Shown: positions 26,535 through 39,339 of the stretch, in pieces | How the letters are laid out: every line of letters starts with the position of its first letter | Numbering within the stretch: position 1 is the first letter of the stretch | Position numbers and translations under genes: made by a program | Notes under the pieces: generated by a model | Database searches by the model: none | Seen by the model: the letters and a program-made list of their open reading frames with translations, nothing else | Told to the model about the DNA's origin: nothing | Source: Isurus oxyrinchus | Taxonomy: Eukaryota | Reading direction: 5' to 3' | Assembly (NCBI GenBank): GCA_026770705.1 | Contig: JANJGN010001184.1 | Coordinates: forward strand, 62,001 to 126,000 | Length of the DNA: 64,000 nucleotides

Positions 26535-26934
26535 GTAAGTGCTGTGTTATAATTACTCAACAATTCACATTCAACACTCAATGGGAATTAACACAAACTG
26601 TGACGTTTACATATTAACACAAAACACAGCTTATTATAACACACTGTCTGATTCTCAATAACCTGCTGATAGCTTCCAGTTCAGCCCTAAAACAACCTCT
26701 AATACTCACTTTAATATCAATGATTAAATGTATTGACTGTGTCCATCAATGTTATCAGGTTATCCACTCTCATCGATCTCTCTAATCCTGTTTAAAATAA
26801 TTTCCTGATCATTGTAATCTCTCAGATCTGATATCATCCTTGTAAAAGTGCTTTCTCTTGTGGGACTGTGATTTCTATTTGAACTGATGCTTCACGTTAT
26901 ATTTCTCTAAAAAGATCCATTCTCTGTGTGTTAG

Positions 26935-27231
26935 ATTTCACAGATAAACCCACGATATTCCCTGCTGAAATTATTGCAGGAAAGCCTGTGGATGTAAGCT
27001 GCACCTTCAACACAACGTGCAATGGAACAGCAGCACCTGTCTTAACCTGGGACACTCCCACTGACGTACCTGGATCAGTGTCAAACACTGTAACTCAGCA
27101 TGGTGTCACTCTGACCTATACTTCTGTTCTGACCCTGACCCCATCACTCAAACACCACGGACACACTCTCAGCTGCAGAGTGAGATATCCATCTGTTTCA
27201 TCGGAGCGGACCCTCGTACTAATTGTACAAG
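26935..27231 (+). CDS. Gene B domain-2 C2-set exon
   Basis: 297 nt; DFTDKPTI..SCTFNTTCNGTAAPVLTW..HGHTLSCRV; Cx5C typical of Siglec D2. Confidence 0.92.
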
Positions 27232-27449
27232 GTAAGTATGGACATCCTTCATTATACATTCGCTGGAACAGTCTATATTGTGCACAGCAGGATCCCATAG
27301 AAAGGTATTCTGATGAGAACCAGATCATCTGTAGTTTAGGGAAAAACACTGACCAGAAAACAGTTAATGACAGTTTCTGAACATTAACACTGGAGCTTTT
27401 TTTTCCAGCCAAGAAGCTGATAGAGCAGAGCATCATTCACAATATACTA

Positions 27450-28700
27450 ACCCCCTGACAGTGCAGCACTCCCTCAGTACTGACCGCCTGACAGTGCAGC
27501 ACTCCCTCAGTACTGACCGCCTGACAGTGCAGCACTCCCTCAGTACTGATCCTCCAACAGTGCAGCAATCCCTCAGTACTGACCCTCCAACAGTGCAGAA
27601 CTCCCTCAGCACTGACCCTCTGACAGTGTAGCGCTCCCTCAGTACTGACCCTCTGACAGTGCAGCACTCCCTCAGTTCTGACCTGCTGAAATTGCAGCTC
27701 TCCCTCAGTACTGACCCTCTGACATTGCAGCACTCCCTCAGTACTGACCCTCCAACAGTGCAGAACTCCCTCAGTACTGACCCTCTGACAGTGCAGCACT
27801 CCCTCAGTACTGACCTGCTGAAATTGCAGCTCTCCCTCAGTACTGACCCTCTGACATTGCAGCACTCCCTCAGTACTGACCCTCTGACAGTGCAGCACTG
27901 CCTCAGTACTGACCCTCCAATAATGAAACAATCCCTCAGTACTGACTCTCCGACAGTGCAGCACTCCTTCACTGCTGACCCTCCAACTCTGCAGTGCTCC
28001 CTCAGGACTGAAAATCCAACATTTCATATCTCCCTCCTGACTGACCATCTGAAAATACAACAGATCCTCGGTCGAGACCTTCAAACAGTGCAGCACTTCC
28101 ACAGTACAGAATCTCCCCCCCACCCACAGTGCAGCATTTCCACAGTACTGAACCTCTGACAGTGCAGCACTCCCTCAGTACTGACCCTCCCACCTGCAGC
28201 ACTCCCTCAGTACTGACCCTCCCACATGCAGCATTCCCTCAGTACTGACCCTCCCACATGCAGCACTCACTCAGTACTGACCCTCCCACAGTGCAGCACT
28301 CCCTCAGTACTGACCCTCCCACATGCAGCACTCACTCAGTACTGACCCTCCCACAGTGCAGCACTCCCTCAGTACTGACCCTCCCACATGCAGCACTCCC
28401 TCAGTACTCACCCTCCCACAGTGCAGCACTCCCTCAGTACTGACCCTCCCACATGCAGCACTCACTCAGTACTGACCCTCCCACAGTGCAGCACTCCCTC
28501 AGTACTGACCCTCCCACATGCAGCACTCCCTCAGTACTGACCCTCCCACATGCAGCACTCCCTCAGTACTCACCCTCCCACATGCAGCACTCCCTCAGTA
28601 CTGACCCTCCCACATGCAGCACTCCCTCAGTACTGACCCTCCCACATGCAGCACTCCCTCAGTACTGACCCTTTCACAGTGCTGCACTACCTCACTATTG
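27450..28700 (-). repeat. 33/31-bp satellite array
   Basis: Same unit as the 9.3 kb array, reverse orientation, with a shortened variant from 28190. Confidence 0.95.
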
Positions 28701-28919
28701 GCTTTAAACTAAATAGAGTGTGGGGCGAATGTTTCTGGAGAGGGTATATGTACAGTTACAAACCAAAAGGATTTATTAGCATTGCAGGATAGCTGTTTTG
28801 GCAATGATACCCAGTGTGTGACAGGAAGGGACACAGTGTCCAAACATAAAAATACATCAGCAAATAGTGTCAGAGGGGGGGAAATGATAAAAAGACAAAA
28901 TTAATGGCTCTTTACTTAA

Positions 28920-29586
28920 ATGCACATAGTATTTGGAATGTTGGCCTTTATTTCAAAGGGAATGGAGTATAAAAATAGGGAAGCCTTGCTAAAACTATAC
29001 AAGGCACTAGTTAGACCACACCTAGAATACTGTGAGCAGTTTTGGTTCCCTTATCTAAGGAAAGATGTACTGGCATTGGAGGCAGTCCCGAGAAGGTTCA
29101 CTAGGTTGATCCCAGTAATGGAGCGATTTTCATATGAGGAGAGGTTGAGTAGGATGGGCCTGTACTCATTGGAGTTTAGGAGAATGAGAGCTGACCTTAT
29201 TGAAACATATAAGATTCTTAGGGTGCTTGACAGGGTAGATGCTGAGAGGTTGTTTCCCCTTGTGGGAGAGTCTAGGACCAGAGGGCATAATCTCAGAGTA
29301 AGGGGTCACCCATTTAAGACAGAGATGAGGAGTTTCTTCTCTCAGAGGGTAGTGAATGTGTGGAATTCTTTACTGCAGAGAGCTGCAGAGGCTGGGTCAT
29401 TAATTATATTCAAGGCTGAGATACACAGTTTTTTAATCAGTCAGGGAATCAAAGGCTATGGGGAAGAGGCAGGAAAGTGGAGTTGAGGATTGTCAGATCA
29501 GCCATGGTGTCATTGAATGGCGGAGCAGAGTTGATTGGCCGAATGGCCTCCTTCTGCTCTGACGTCTTGTGGTCTTATGGTCTTAT
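28920..29586 (+). mobile_element. CR1 LINE 3' fragment
   Basis: LYKALVRPHLEYCEQFW..SYEERL..LYSLEFRRMRADLIETYKI..TRGH..FFSQRVVNVWNSL; ggtcttat tail. Confidence 0.92.
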
Positions 29587-32500
29587 CACCCTCCAACAGT
29601 GCAGAGCTCCCTAATTACTGATCCTCCGACAATGCAGCACTCCCTCAGTACTGAACTTCTGACAGTGCAGAGCTCCCTAATTACTGACCCTCCGACAATG
29701 CAGCACTCTTCCAGTGCTGACCCTCCGACAGTGCAGCATTCCCTAAGTACTGATCCTCCAACAGTGCAGCACTGCCTCAATACTGACCCTCCAACAGTGC
29801 AGCACTGCCTCAATACTGACCCTCCAACAGTGCAGCACTCCCTCAGTGCTGACCCTCCGACAGTGCAGCACTCCTTCAGTACTGACCCTCCGATAGTGCA
29901 GCACTCCCTCACTACTGACCCTCCGTCAGAGCAGAGCTCCTAATTACTGACCCTCCAACAGTGCAGCACTCCCTCAGTACTGACCCTCCAACAGTGCAGA
30001 ACTCCCTAAATACTGACCCTCTGATAGTGCAGAGCTCCCTCAGTACTGACCCTCCAACAGTGCAGCACTCCCTCAGTACTGACCCTCCAACAGTGCAGAG
30101 CTCCCTAATTACTGACCCACCGACAGTGCAGCACTCCCTCAGTACTGACCCTCTGACAGTGCAGCACTCCCTCAATACTGACCCTCCAACAGTGCAGCAC
30201 TCCCTCAGTGCTGACCCTCTGACAGTGCAGAGCTCCCTCAGTACTGACCCTCCGATAGTGCAGCACTCCCTCAGTACTGACCTTCCGACAGTGCAGCAGT
30301 CCCTCACTACTGACCCTCTGACCGTGCAGCACTCCCTAAATACTGACACTCTGACAGTGCAGCACTCCCTCAGTACTGACCCTCCGACAGTGCAGTACTC
30401 TTTCAGTTCTGACCATCCAACAGTGCAGAGCTCCCTAATTACTGACCCTCCGACAGTGCAGCACTCCCTCAGTACTGACCCTCTGACAGTGCAGCACTCC
30501 CTCAGTACTGACCCTCCCACAGTGCAGCACTCCCTCAGTACTGACCCTCCAACAGTGCAGAGCTCCCTAATTACTGACCCTCCGACAGTGCAGCACCCTC
30601 TCAGTACTGACCCTCCGACAGTGCAGAGCTCACTAAATACTGACCCTCCCACAGTGCAACACTCCCTCAGTACTGAACCTCCGACAGTGCAACACTCCCT
30701 CAGTACTGTTCCACCGACACTGCAGCACTCCCTCAGTACTGATCCTCCGACAGTTCAACACTCCCTCAGTACTGTCCCACCGACAGTGCAGCTCTCCCTC
30801 AATACTGACCCTCCGACAGTGCACCACTCCATCAGTACTGAACCTTCAACAGTGCAGCACTCCCTCAGTACTGACCTTCCGACAGTGCAGCAGTCCCTCA
30901 CTACTGACCCTCTGACCGTGCAGCACTCCCTAAATACTGACACTCTGACAGTGCAGCACTCCCTCAGTACTGACCCTCCGACAGTGCAGTACTCCCTCAG
31001 TACTGACCCTCTGACAGTGCAGCACTCCCTCAGTACTGACCCTCCCACAGTGCAGCACTCCCTCAGTACTGACCCTCCAACAGTGCAGAGCTCCCTAATT
31101 ACTGACCCTCCGACAGTGCAGCACCCTCTCAGTACTGACCCTCCGACAGTGCAGCACACCCTCAGTACTGAACCTCCGACAGTGCAGAGCTCACTAAATA
31201 CTGACCCTCCCACAGTGCAACACTCCCTCAGTACTGATCCTCCGACAGTGCAACACTCCCTCAGTACTGTTCCACCGACACTGCAGCACTCCCTCAGTAC
31301 TGATCCTCCGACAGTTCAACACTCCCTCAGTACTGTCCCACCGACAGTGCAGCTCTCCCTCAATACTGACCCTCCGACAGTGCACCACTCCATCAGTACT
31401 GAACCTTCAACAGTGCAGCACTCCCTCAGTACTGATCCTCCAACAGTGCAGCACTCCATCAGTACTGATTCTCCGACAGTGAAGTACTCGCTCAGTACTG
31501 ACTATGTGGCAGTGAAGCTTTTACAGTACCCACCCACCATCAGTACAGCAGGTCCTCAGTACTCACGCTCCAACAGGGCAGCACTCCCTCACTACTGACC
31601 CTCCGTCAGAGCAGAGCTCCTAATTACTGACCCTCCAACAGTGCAGCACTCCCTCAGTACTGACCCTCCAACAGTGCAGAACTCCCTAATTACTGACCCT
31701 CCAAAAGTGCAGCCCTCCCTCAGTACTGACCCTCCAACAGTGCAGCACTCACTCAGTACTGACCCTCTGACAGTGCAGAGCTCCCTCAGTACTGACCCTC
31801 CCACAGTGCAGCAGTCCCTCAGTACTGACCCTCCGACAGTGCAGCACTCCCTCAGTACTGACCCTCCAACAGTGCAGCACTCCCTCACTACTGACCCTCT
31901 GACCGTGCAGCACTCCCTAAATACTGACACTCTGACAGTGCAGCACTCCCTCAGTATTGACCCTCCGACAGTGCAGAGCTCCCTAATTACTGACCCTCCG
32001 ACAGTGCAGTACTCTTTCAGTTCTGACCCTCCGACAGTGCAACAATACCTCAGTTCTGACCATCCAACAGTGCAGAGCTCCCTAATTACTGACCCTCCAA
32101 CAGTGCAGAGCTCCCTAATTACTGACCCTCCGACAGTGCAGCACTCCCTCAGTACTGACCCTCCGACAGTGCAGCACTCCCTCAGTACTGACCCTCCGAC
32201 AGTGCAGTACTCCCTCAGTACTGACCCTCCAACAGTGCAGAGCTCCCTAATTACAGACGCTCCGACAGTGCAGCACCCTCTCAGTACTGACCCTCCGACA
32301 GTGCAGCACACCCTCAGTACTGATCCTCCGACAGTGCAACACTCCCTCAGTACTGTCCCACCGACAGTGCAGCACTCCCTCAGTACTGATCCTCCGACAG
32401 TGCAACACTCCCTCAGTACTGTCCCACCGACAGTGCAGCTCTCCCTCAATACTGACCCTCCGACAGTGCAGCACTCCATCAGTACTGAACCTTCAACAGT

Positions 32501-32915
32501 GCAGCCCTCCCTCAGTACTGATCCTCCAATAGTGCAACACTCCCTCAGTACTGTCCCACCGACAGTGCAGCTCTCCCTCAATACTGACCCTCCGACAGTG
32601 CAGCACTCCATCAGTACTGAACCTTCAACAGTGCAGCACTCCCTCAGTACTGATCCTCCAACAGTGCACCACTCCCTCAGTCCTGATCCTCCAACAGTGC
32701 AGCACTCCATCAGTACTGATTCTCCGACAGTGAAGTACTCGCTCAGTACTGACTATGCGGCAGTGAAGCTTTCACAGTACCCACCCACCATCAGTACAGC
32801 AGGTCCTCAGTACTCACCCTCCAACAGGGCAGCACTCCCTCAGTACTGACCCTCCAACAGTGCAGCACTCCCTCAGTACTGACCCTCCAACAGTGCAGCA
32901 CTCCCTCAGTACTGA
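29587..32915 (-). repeat. 33-bp satellite array with internal higher-order duplication
   Basis: About 100 units; blocks starting 29911 and 31591 share the same variant order. Confidence 0.95.
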
Positions 32916-33039
32916 ACTGAAGAGTCTGCCTGAATTATGTGCTTTGTGGTGAAGGATTGATATTACACCTTTAACATTGTCAGGGTCTCTGAAAGTGCTT
33001 CACAGTCAATGTAAGTAACTGATCTTTATTTGTTTTTAG

Positions 33040-33320
33040 ATGCACCACAGAATCTCTCAATTACTTTTCATGATATGATTAACGTTAATCGATCAATATA
33101 ATTGAGGGGAATTCTGCAGTTATAATCTGCTCTGTCGAGAGCTTCCCAGCTTCTAACCTGACGTGGCGACATCTTAATGTCCCAATGAACAGAACAAGTT
33201 CCAACAATGAGCTGTGGTTGGTGATTCCTCACGTTACATCCAGGGACACTGGAGACTATCAGTGTGTGGCAGAGAATGAACATGGAGCAGTGGAGGGGTT
33301 CATAACCATCACTGTGGAAC
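33040..33320 (+). pseudogene. Gene B C2-set exon with 1-bp deletion
   Basis: 281 nt instead of 282; aacgttaatcgatc vs aacgcttcatcgatc; TAA at 33099-33101; splice sites intact. Confidence 0.85.
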
Positions 33321-34041
33321 GTGAGTTAACACAAATTGCAATAACACTGTCACATACAGACGCACATACACACACATAGACATACACATGCACACACACT
33401 CACTCATGAACAGATGTATACAAACAGGCACACNNNNNNNNNNNNNNNNNNNNNNNNNNNNNNNNNNNNNNNNNNNNNNNNNNNNNNNNNNNNNNNNNNN
33501 NNNNNNNNNNNNNNNNNNNNNNNNNNNNNNNNNNNNNNNNNNNNNNNNNNNNNNNNNNNNNNNNNNNNNNNNNNNNNNNNNNNNNNNNNNNNNNNNNNNN
33601 NNNNNNNNNNNNNNNNNNNNTCCTCTCTCAGGGCCGCACTGGAGTCTCGGTATCAGCCCTGATTCTGTGTTGAAGGTAGGTAAACTCCAGATCAACAAGA
33701 CCCTGAATTGGATGAGCAACCTCCTGAACAGAGAATTGTAGATTTACCCCTCAGTGCTCCATCAATCAAATACAATTCATTGCCTGTCAAGCCCTTGGCG
33801 AATTCCTGAAGATGTGAATGGAACTTTCTTTCATTCTAGATTGACAGCACCTCAACTGGTGGGAGAATGCAACTGCAGTGTGACAGTTTACACAGGCAGT
33901 GTCCATTATAAATGTGACAGAGGAAATTATTCTGAGGAAAGGTGCCTGGAAATGCATTCAGACATCAGATTCAAAGAGATGATACATGGAGTCTTGCTGT
34001 GCACTGCGCTTGCTCACTCTAAAATCTTTATATGTTTATAG

Positions 34042-34323
34042 ACGCACCACAGAATCTCTCAATTACTTCTCTTGATATGATTAACGCTTCATCGATCAAT
34101 ATAATTGAGGGGAATTCTGCAGTGATAATCTGCTCTGTCGAGAGCTTCCCAGCTTCTAACCTGACGTGGCGACATCTTAATGTCCCAATGAACAGAACAA
34201 GTTCCAACAATGAGCTGTGGTTGGTGATTCCTCACGTTACATCCAGGGACACTGGAGACTATCAGTGTGTGGCAGAGAATGAACATGGAGCAGTGGACGG
34301 GTTCATAACCATCACTGTGGAAC
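34042..34323 (+). CDS. Gene B C2-set exon, intact
   Basis: 282 nt, AG/GT, near-identical to gene A copies. Confidence 0.9.
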
Positions 34324-34354
34324 GTGAGTTACACAGAATTCAACATTCTGTTTT

Positions 34355-35370
34355 TATTAGCTCATGGGATGTGGGCATTGTTGACAAGACCAGAAATCAT
34401 TGCCCATCTGTAACTGCCCCTTGAGAAGGTGGTGGTGAGCTGCCTTCTTTAACCACTGCAGTCCATGTGGTGAAGGCGCACCCACAGTGCTGTTAGGGAG
34501 GGAGTTCCAGGATTTTGACCCAGCGACGGTGAAGGAACGGCCGATATAGTTCCAAGTCCCAGGGCAGACCACCACCTCAAGTTCACCTCCAAGTCAAAGC
34601 CCTCACTGACTTGGAACTGTCTTGGTGGAAGAGGTTAAGTGTTTGGAAGGTGCTGTCGAAGGAGCCTTGGTGAGTTGCTGCAGCGCATCTTGTAGATGGT
34701 GCACACACTGCTGCCATTGTGTGCCAGTGGTGGAGGGTATGAATGTTTATGCTGGTGGATTGGCTGTCGATCAAACAAGCTGCTCCTGGATGGTGTCGAG
34801 GTTCTTGAGTGTTGTTGGAGCTGCACTTATCCAGCCAAGTGGAGATTATTCCATCACACTCCTGACTTGTGCCTTGTCCGATGGTGGACAGGCTTTGGGG
34901 AGTCAGGAGGTGAGTTACTCACCGCAGAGTTCCCAGCCTCTGACCCGCATTTGTAGCCACATTATTTCCTGTTGCCGGGCTGTTGCCAGGGCCAATAGCC
35001 TTTGCTGTATCCAGTATCATCAGCTGATTCCTGATGTCACGTGGAGTCAATCGAATTGTCTGAAAGCTGACATCTGTGATGCTGGGACCCTCTGGAGGAG
35101 GCCGAGATGGATCATCCACTCAGCACTTCTGGCTGAACATGGTTGCCAATGCTTCAGCCTTGTCATTTGCACTGATGTGCTGAGCTCCCCCATCATTAAG
35201 GATGGGGATATTTGTGGAACATCCTCCTCCTGTTAGATCTTTAATTGTCCATCACCATTCATGACTGGATGTGGCAGGACTGCAGAGCTTAGATCTGACC
35301 CGTTGGTTGTGGGATCGCTTTGCTCTGTCTATAGCATGTTGTTTCCGCTGTTTGGTGTGTATGTAGTCCT
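34355..35370 (-). mobile_element. CR1-like LINE, decayed and internally deleted
   Basis: Reverse complement resembles the 13.7-14.8 kb element; LDTAKAIGPGNSP motif. Confidence 0.8.
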
Positions 35371-35590
35371 GTGTGTCACCTCAGCAGCTTGGCACCTCTG
35401 TTATATGTGAATCCTCCTTATAGAAACCTGCATGTACATGGATATTATCAATAAATATTACATAGATAAATGTTATTTGTATAGACCTTTCATGCATAGA
35501 CAATATCACTTCACAAGTTCAGAATTACTACATGTACATAGGGAACCATTCTCAAACTGTACCGGAGTCATTCATTGGCTGATTTTACAG

Positions 35591-35687
35591 GGCGAGATTC
35601 CAATGAATGGAAAGCAGGATTGCTTGGAGCTGGAATCTGTTTGAGTGTTGGACTGAGTGGATTCTTCATCTTCAAGTGTGTGAGAAA
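35591..35687 (+). CDS. Gene B transmembrane exon
   Basis: ttttacag|GGCGA...GAGAAA|gtaagt; 97 nt as in gene A; RRDSNEWKAGLLGAGICLSVGLSGFFIFKCVRK. Confidence 0.85.
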
Positions 35688-36452
35688 GTAAGTGTGAAGG
35701 TTTAATTGGTTGTTTTCGAAAATGTTTTCTTCAACCTTCTCTCCTTATAGAAAGAACTTGCATTTCTATAACACCTTTCACAACCCAAAACCCTTCACAA
35801 CCCCTGAAGAGCTTTGATGTTCACTCACTGTTTCACATCTCATCCAACACTCACTGTTTCACAACGCAGTCCTGTAACTGGCAGTGTTGACCTGGACCAT
35901 AAAATACCTTGTGACTTCCTGAGGATGTGAAAGGGGATATATAAATGAAGACATTTCTTTTGTTAGTGAATGCAATCTCTTTCCATTTTCAGTGTCTAAT
36001 TCACTCTCTCTCTTACCTCCACTAATGCTCTCCTTCTCATTCTCTCTCTCTCTCATTCGCTCTCTCTCCAATCTCCACTAATGCTCTCCTTCTCATTCTC
36101 TCTCTCTCTCATTCACTCTCTCTCTTAACTCCACTAATGCTCTCCTTCTCATTCTTTCTCTCGTCCTCTTACACATTGTTCAGTATCTCACAATTTTAAG
36201 GAGCGCTGAGCAAAGTCTGCTCCTTCAGAAGATCCACCTCAACACCTGGAGCGAGCAGTGAATTGAAACTCGCTCAACGACTGTTCAGATTTACACAGGA
36301 ATCACGACACACTCAGGACACAAAGGGTTAACAGTTTGCTTACAACACAACACTAAGGCCTTACGTTTCAGTGAAAGGGTTTTCACAATTGTTCCCCAAT
36401 TCCTCATTTTGTCTCACAGAGATACATCAACCCTTTCTCATTAAATACACAG

Positions 36453-36537
36453 AGGGAGCAGCACAGGAAGAGGTCATTCAGCCCAGTCAGAGCGTGTGGG
36501 CAGTTCCTCCCCAGGCGAGCAGTCGGACAGGTACTGG
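36453..36537 (+). CDS. Gene B putative cytoplasmic exon 1 (85-nt block)
   Basis: cacag|AGGGAGC...TACTGG|gtaagt; phase 2-0, open: (K)GSSTGRGHSAQSERVGSSSPGEQSDRYW; bridges TM to the next exon. Confidence 0.65.
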
Positions 36538-37048
36538 GTAAGTAACGGAACGATTGGTACTCACTTCCACCACCAACACCGTCCTTTGTTGATGTTGTGA
36601 CTTTATAAAGACAGATTCCAATGATTGATGCCTTTGAAAGATTTCTACTGATTATTGAGATCTGGGTGTGAGGCTCAGGTCTGTTGTACAGAACATCTTT
36701 CTGGGTAAATTATGCAGACAGGTTACATACAGTCTACGATTATATTCCCTCAGGTCTAGAAGATTAAGGAGTGATCTAATTGAGGGATTCAAAAAGATTA
36801 AACACTCGAAAGGGTCGATAGAGAGAAGCTATTCCCTCGAGTGGGGGTGGGTGGTGGGGGTCGGGTGGAGTCCAGAACAAGGGGGCCGGAACTTCAGATT
36901 GGAGCCAGGCCATTCAGGGGTGATTTCAGGAAGCACTTCTTCACACAAAGGGGAGTGGAAATCTGGAACTCTCTCCTCAATAATCAAACCCAACACCGAA
37001 TACACATCATGTTGATTGTCACTCTGTCCATTTCCATCTCTATTACAG

Positions 37049-37153
37049 AAGAGAGGTGAGGGGAAAGCAGGAATCAAATCGAACCACCGTGTTGATGAAT
37101 ATCGAGATCCTGTTTATGAAAACTGTGAGTGTGGTTGGGCTTTGAGGAATCAG
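37049..37153 (+). CDS. Gene B cytoplasmic exon 2
   Basis: tattacag|AAG...AATCAG|gtgagt; 105 nt, phase 0-0; KRGEGKAGIKSNHRVDEYRDPVYENCECGWALRNQ. Confidence 0.7.
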
Positions 37154-37284
37154 GTGAGTCACACACCACAGGATCCCCAGCCTCTCAGCTGCTCCAGTAG
37201 CCTGGTTATTGATATGGCTGCTCCAGTCCTGTATCTGCAATGTTTTATACAGTCACTCCCAAACCCAACCAAACTCACACCCAA

Positions 37285-38072
37285 CACCGTTCAGAATCAA
37301 TAATCAAACCCCGTTCAGTATCAATAATCAAACCCCGTTCAGTATCAATAATCAAACCCCGTTCAGAATCAATAATCAAACCCCGTTCAGTATCAATAAT
37401 CAAACCCCGTTCAGTATCAATAATCAAACCCCGTTCAGAATCAATAATCAAACCCCGTTCAGAATCAATAATCAAACACCGTTCAGAATCAATAATCAAA
37501 CCCCGTTCAGAATCAATAATCAAACCCCGTTCAGTATCAATAATCAAACCCCGTTCAGAATCAATAATCAAACCCCGTTCAGTATCAATAATCAAACCCC
37601 GTTCAGAATCAATAATCAAACCCCGTTCAGTATCAATAATCAAACCCCGTTCAGAATCAATAATCAAACCCCGTTCAGTTTCAATAATCAAACCCCGTTC
37701 TGTATCAATAATCAAACCCCGTTCAGAATCAATAATCAAAACCCATTCAGTTTCAATAATCAAACCCCGTTCAGTATCAATAATCAAACCCCTTTCAGAA
37801 TCAATTATCAAACCCTGTTCAGTGTAAATAATCAAACCCCTTCCAGTATCAATAATCAAACCCCGTTCAGAATCAATTATCAAACCCCATTCAGAATCAA
37901 TAATCAAACCCCGTTCAGAATCAATTATCAAAACCTGTTCAGAATCAATAATCAAACTCCGTTCAGAATCAATAATCAAACCCCATTCAGAATCAATAAT
38001 CAAACTCCGTTCAGAATCAATAATCAAACCCCATTCAGTATCAATAATCAAACCCCGTTCAGAATCAATAAT
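37285..38072. repeat. 24-bp minisatellite, about 33 copies
   Basis: ccccgttcag(a/t)atcaataatcaaa. Confidence 0.96.
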
Positions 38073-38170
38073 TAATGTATCTATTGTGGGTGGAATTTTT
38101 GATTAGGATCAATAATACTAAACACTGATCACTCTGATTGTCACTCTGATCATTTCTGTTTCTATTACAG

Positions 38171-38287
38171 CAGAAAGATGAGAAGGATCTGGAAATGAAA
38201 TCTAACCGCGGAGTCAATCCTGATACAGATGATGATCTTTACGCAAACTGTGAATTTGCTGAGGATTCTGTTTATGGGAATTTATAA
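38171..38287 (+). CDS. Gene B last coding exon
   Basis: tattacag|CAG; QKDEKDLEMKSNRGVNPDTDDDLYANCEFAEDSVYGNL*. Confidence 0.78.
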   Translation, partial: QKDEKDLEMKSNRGVNPDTDDDLYANCEFAEDSVYGNL

Positions 38288-39339
38288 ACTGAGCAAGAAA
38301 GAGACCCACACAGTGTGGGGAGAATACAGAACGGGAGAATCATTCAAAACTCTAACTTACCTTCCTAATATCCACAGGAACTCACTCCCAGGAAATAGAT
38401 TTAAACCTCTTGTTACAATCTGATGGAATTTCTTCGGAATGATCTATCCAGGATGATTGTCTGTGGGCTTCAATTCAAACATCCTCCTTCAGAATTGTCC
38501 CTCACTGTTGGAAAAATCCTTCTCTCCAATCTGATTGTAAATGTCTTTAGATATCGTTCGATGATGTACCAGGACAGAACGGACAAATTCAATCCCGTGT
38601 CCTTGATTATGAGTTAATTTTCATTCTGTTATTCACCTTCCTGTCTGTCAGTGTTTACAGAATATTCATCAGACAGTGTAGACTTCAGGAAATGCAGGAT
38701 CGGTGGATAATTGGAGCAGAGGAGATTGGCAAAATTTACTCACCATTTTGTAGTCAAATGTATTTTCAGAAATGTATTTTGATTTTACACTTCATCGTTA
38801 AACAGTGAAACGAACAACAATCTGGGAAACAGGGAAACAATTTGTTTGGAGATTTGAGAAGTTCTCTGCAGCTCAGAGGATAACAGATGTGCTACAGTGC
38901 CACCACTGGTGGGAGGACATCATTTCAGCGTGACATGTTTACATTGATGTTGCCAATGAACATTGGAAATTATGATGTCAAAAATTGGTTCCAGCTTTAC
39001 CTTCTTCAATATGTCATGGATGGATGAGACAGCTTTGATAACAGAATGAAATAGAGCTGCAATAAACCACCATTTTAGTCCTTCACACTTGGAGAGTACA
39101 ATTAGCATCCATTCTGAAGGCTGAGTGGATGGGTGGACTGTGCGATGTGTTTCAGATTACAGAGACCAACTTCCTTGATCCTGGTTCTGCTCTATGTTTG
39201 ATGACATTCTTGGATGAAAGATTGGGAAAATAAATAATCCTCCGGCCTTAACCTGTAACTGGTCTCTCCATCTGTCAATGTCCTGAGGACAGAATTGGGT
39301 TTGAGGTCCAAAATCAGACGCATACTTTGACTGCCCATT

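Noticed and set aside
26070-26640. Possible RAG recombination signals around V exons (cactgtg near 26077)
   Set aside because: No nonamer at 12/23 spacing, and V exons end in normal splice donors with a complete G strand
33434-33620. N gap hiding extra C2 repeats
   Set aside because: Stated gap length fits a normal CA-rich intron; cannot be judged further without reads
37209-38075. 288 aa FRINNQTP repeat ORF
   Set aside because: 24-bp minisatellite open in several frames, intronic
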